From an uncultured Alphaproteobacteria bacterium (GTDB lineage Bacteria > Pseudomonadota > Alphaproteobacteria > HIMB59 > GCA-002718135), in the NCBI GenBank assembly GCA_902586695.1, contig CACIIL010000003.1, forward strand, positions 1,639-65,638: a stretch of DNA of 64,000 nt, read 5' to 3'. The first letter of the stretch is position 1; every line of letters starts with the position of its first letter. Shown piece after piece: positions 62,514-64,000 of this stretch. The translations under genes were made by a program, and so were the position numbers. The notes under the pieces were generated by a model that saw nothing but the letters and a program-made list of their open reading frames with translations, did no database searches and had not been told where the DNA came from.

Positions 62514-64000
62514 TTAAGAATTAACTTTTTTTCTATACCAATTAGCAATGTTTTCTTTTAACATTAATGCTGAAGGAGTAACAATCAATGTTAGTATTGT
62601 TGCAAATATTAAACCGAAAACTATCGCTGTAGATAACTGCACCCACCATTGAGTGTCAGGAGAACCTCTTGTTACTTCTCTAGTAACAAAATCTATATTT
62701 GTCATAGTTACCATTGGAAGCAAACCAAGCACAGTTGTAGTAGTAGTTAGCAAAACTGGCCTTAATCTTTGTGCCCCTGTTTTAATAATTGCCTCTTTAA
62801 CAGTGTCAGTTTTATTTTTTAAAAAATCAAAAGTATCAATTAATATAATGTTATTATTAACTACAATTCCTGCAAGTGCTATTACACCAACACCTGTCAT
62901 AACAATACCAAAGGCTTGTCCAGTAATCATTAAACCTATTAAGACACCTGCTGTAGACATCACAACTGCAAAAAGTATTAATAAACCACTATAGAAACTA
63001 TTAAATTGTAAAAGCAAAATCATTAACATCATAAATAAAGCTACGCTAAAAGCTTTAGTTAAAAAAGATTGTGCCTCTTGCTGGTCTTGATTTTCTCCTA
63101 TCAATTCTGCTCTTACATTTGCATCTAATTTATATCTTGGTAAATCATTCATTAATTTACCTCTGATAAAAGGAGCTTCATCAGTTATACCAAGAACATA
63201 TTCTAACTCTCTCACCTTAAAATCTGCGAAAACTCCAGGTTTAACATCAGCTTGTATATTTATCGCATTTTTTGAGTCAACTCTAACAATGTTACCTTTT
63301 GTATTTGCAGCATTTATTTCAACAAAATTTGAAATAGGAACAAGTCCATTTTGAGTTGATATCCTTAAATTATTTATTGTATCTAAAGTTCTTCCTTCGT
63401 TTGGATATCTTAAATACATTGGAATACTATCATTGGAATCATCAGGTCTATACTCTCCTAATTTAAGTCCATTAGTTGCAAGTTTTATTACATTACCAAT
63501 TGAATTTATATTAACACCAAATTTAGAAGCCTGTTTTCTATCTACATTTATTTCCCATTCAATTCCAGGAGCAGGTAAATTATCTTCAATATTCATGAGA
63601 TCAGGGTATTTATCTATGAATGTTTTTAATTTTTCAGATTCAAGAAGAAGTAAATTTTTATTATTACTTGTTAATTTAATATTAACAGGCTTACCAGCAG
63701 ATGGCCCACCTTCTTGCTCTCTAGTCTCTACTTTTATCCCTTTTATTGATTTTGTAGAATTAAGTATTTCATCTAATATTACTAAAGAAGGTCTTCTTTT
63801 ATTCCAATCATTATATTCTAAACTTATTGAGCCTATAAAATCTTCAGATGCTTCAGATTGTTCAGAAACATTACCACTAAGAGAATAAATGCTTTTAAAT
63901 TCATTATTTCTATTTTGTATTTGTAGAATTATATTCTCAACTCTTGCAACATAATCTCTTTTTTCTTCTACTGATAAATTGCCTCTAGCAAATACAACTA
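62514..64000 (-). CDS. RND (AcrB/HAE1-type) efflux transporter permease, C-terminal part (5' end outside the window)
   Basis: The listed ORF 62514..63596 starts at an internal Met. Hand-translating upstream of 63596 keeps the frame open (...REQEGGPSAGKPVNIKLTSNNKNLLLLESEKLKTFIDKYPDLMNIED...). The C-terminal TM bundle and periplasmic-loop pattern are typical of AcrB-like pumps. Confidence 0.8.
   Translation of the reverse strand, partial: VVFARGNLSVEEKRDYVARVENIILQIQNRNNEFKSIYSLSGNVSEQSEASEDFIGSISLEYNDWNKRRPSLVILDEILNSTKSIKGIKVETREQEGGPSAGKPVNIKLTSNNKNLLLLESEKLKTFIDKYPDLMNIEDNLPAPGIEWEINVDRKQASKFGVNINSIGNVIKLATNGLKLGEYRPDDSNDSIPMYLRYPNEGRTLDTINNLRISTQNGLVPISNFVEINAANTKGNIVRVDSKNAINIQADVKPGVFADFKVRELEYVLGITDEAPFIRGKLMNDLPRYKLDANVRAELIGENQDQQEAQSFLTKAFSVALFMMLMILLLQFNSFYSGLLILFAVVMSTAGVLIGLMITGQAFGIVMTGVGVIALAGIVVNNNIILIDTFDFLKNKTDTVKEAIIKTGAQRLRPVLLTTTTTVLGLLPMVTMTNIDFVTREVTRGSPDTQWWVQLSTAIVFGLIFATILTLIVTPSALMLKENIANWYRKKVNS

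Noticed and set aside
1645-63888. About 30 ORFs of 60-150 aa in the supplied track lie antisense to, or out of frame within, the genes annotated above. They are:
- 1645..1998, 2446..2697, 10459..10662, 10667..10903, 13077..13262, 14201..14413.
- 17365..17772, 22460..22648, 25244..25537, 25640..25993, 27168..27392, 27673..27906.
- 32327..32509, 33248..33436, 34137..34322, 34254..34520, 36568..36768, 42494..42688.
- 44621..44980, 46830..47045, 47392..47583, 49110..49334, 50605..50880, 51082..51270.
- 56204..56587, 58058..58324, 59568..59780, 60227..60409, 60721..60993, 62653..62994, 63433..63888.
   Set aside because: Each is fully embedded in a longer ORF that has clear family motifs. Their translations are low-complexity or hydrophobic shadow sequences with no recognisable motifs. 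Several start only at TTG or GTG.
1-64000. CRISPR arrays, rRNA genes, IS elements or transposases, prophage genes, toxin-antitoxin pairs and known defence systems.
   Set aside because: I looked for repeat-spacer periodicity, terminal inverted repeats, and integrase, transposase or phage-like ORFs on both strands and found none. The only repeats are the short operator-like palindromes, the TTTGTAAAT tandem and the (AATT)5 tract reported above.

Overview
This is an extremely A+T-rich, gene-dense window. Most spacers are 0-60 bp, many genes overlap by 1-4 nt, and the predicted proteins are rich in K, N and I. From composition and gene content alone it looks like a streamlined marine alphaproteobacterium of the SAR11/Pelagibacterales type; this is an inference, as no search was run.

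Bases 1 to about 38,550 form a large island for uptake and catabolism of nitrogenous osmolytes, quaternary amines and polyamines. Its contents, in order:
- proX (partial), proW and proV.
- An SDR gene followed by betA.
- A RamB/PrpR-like XRE regulator, with a candidate divergent small ORF.
- An L-carnitine dehydrogenase / BKACE / thioesterase module.
- A run of ten minus-strand genes: two PYROXD2-like flavoproteins, a stand-alone GcvT-like protein, an acyl-CoA dehydrogenase, an ADP-forming acyl-CoA synthetase, a CaiD-like hydratase, a class-III aminotransferase, an MFS transporter, a GNAT and a PhnZ-like HD-domain protein.
- A BetI-like TetR regulator with a second acyl-CoA dehydrogenase and PotBCA-like ABC genes; the binding-protein gene is transcribed separately.
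- An amidase, two glutamine-synthetase-like genes, aguA and aguB, two PuuB-like FAD oxidases (one frameshifted) and a GbcA-like Rieske oxygenase.

The remainder, about 38,556-64,000, is housekeeping: sua5/tsaC, an orphan ParA-like ATPase, glmU (split by a frameshift), class II DAHP synthase, nadE, gltX, cimA, a SpoU methyltransferase, rpsD, rarD, grxD, bolA, purB, map, a cinA-like gene, tRNA-Leu(UAA), a VOC protein, nadK, moaA, dksA, recA, alaS, icd, a LOG-family gene, psd, pssA and a partial RND pump.

No CRISPR array, rRNA, IS element, integrase or phage gene is visible.

The most interesting signals are:
- A TGAAT-N4-ATTCA palindrome placed 19-20 nt upstream of the minus-strand start codon in four different spacers of the island. 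This is probably a BetI-like regulon.
- The trio of two PYROXD2-like flavoproteins plus GcvT-like protein, a candidate split THF-linked N-demethylase.
- The sub-operon carrying the PhnZ-like HD-domain protein.
- A mirrored 26-bp module that embeds both divergent start codons at the RamB-like regulator.
- Two frameshifts, each at an A7 run.
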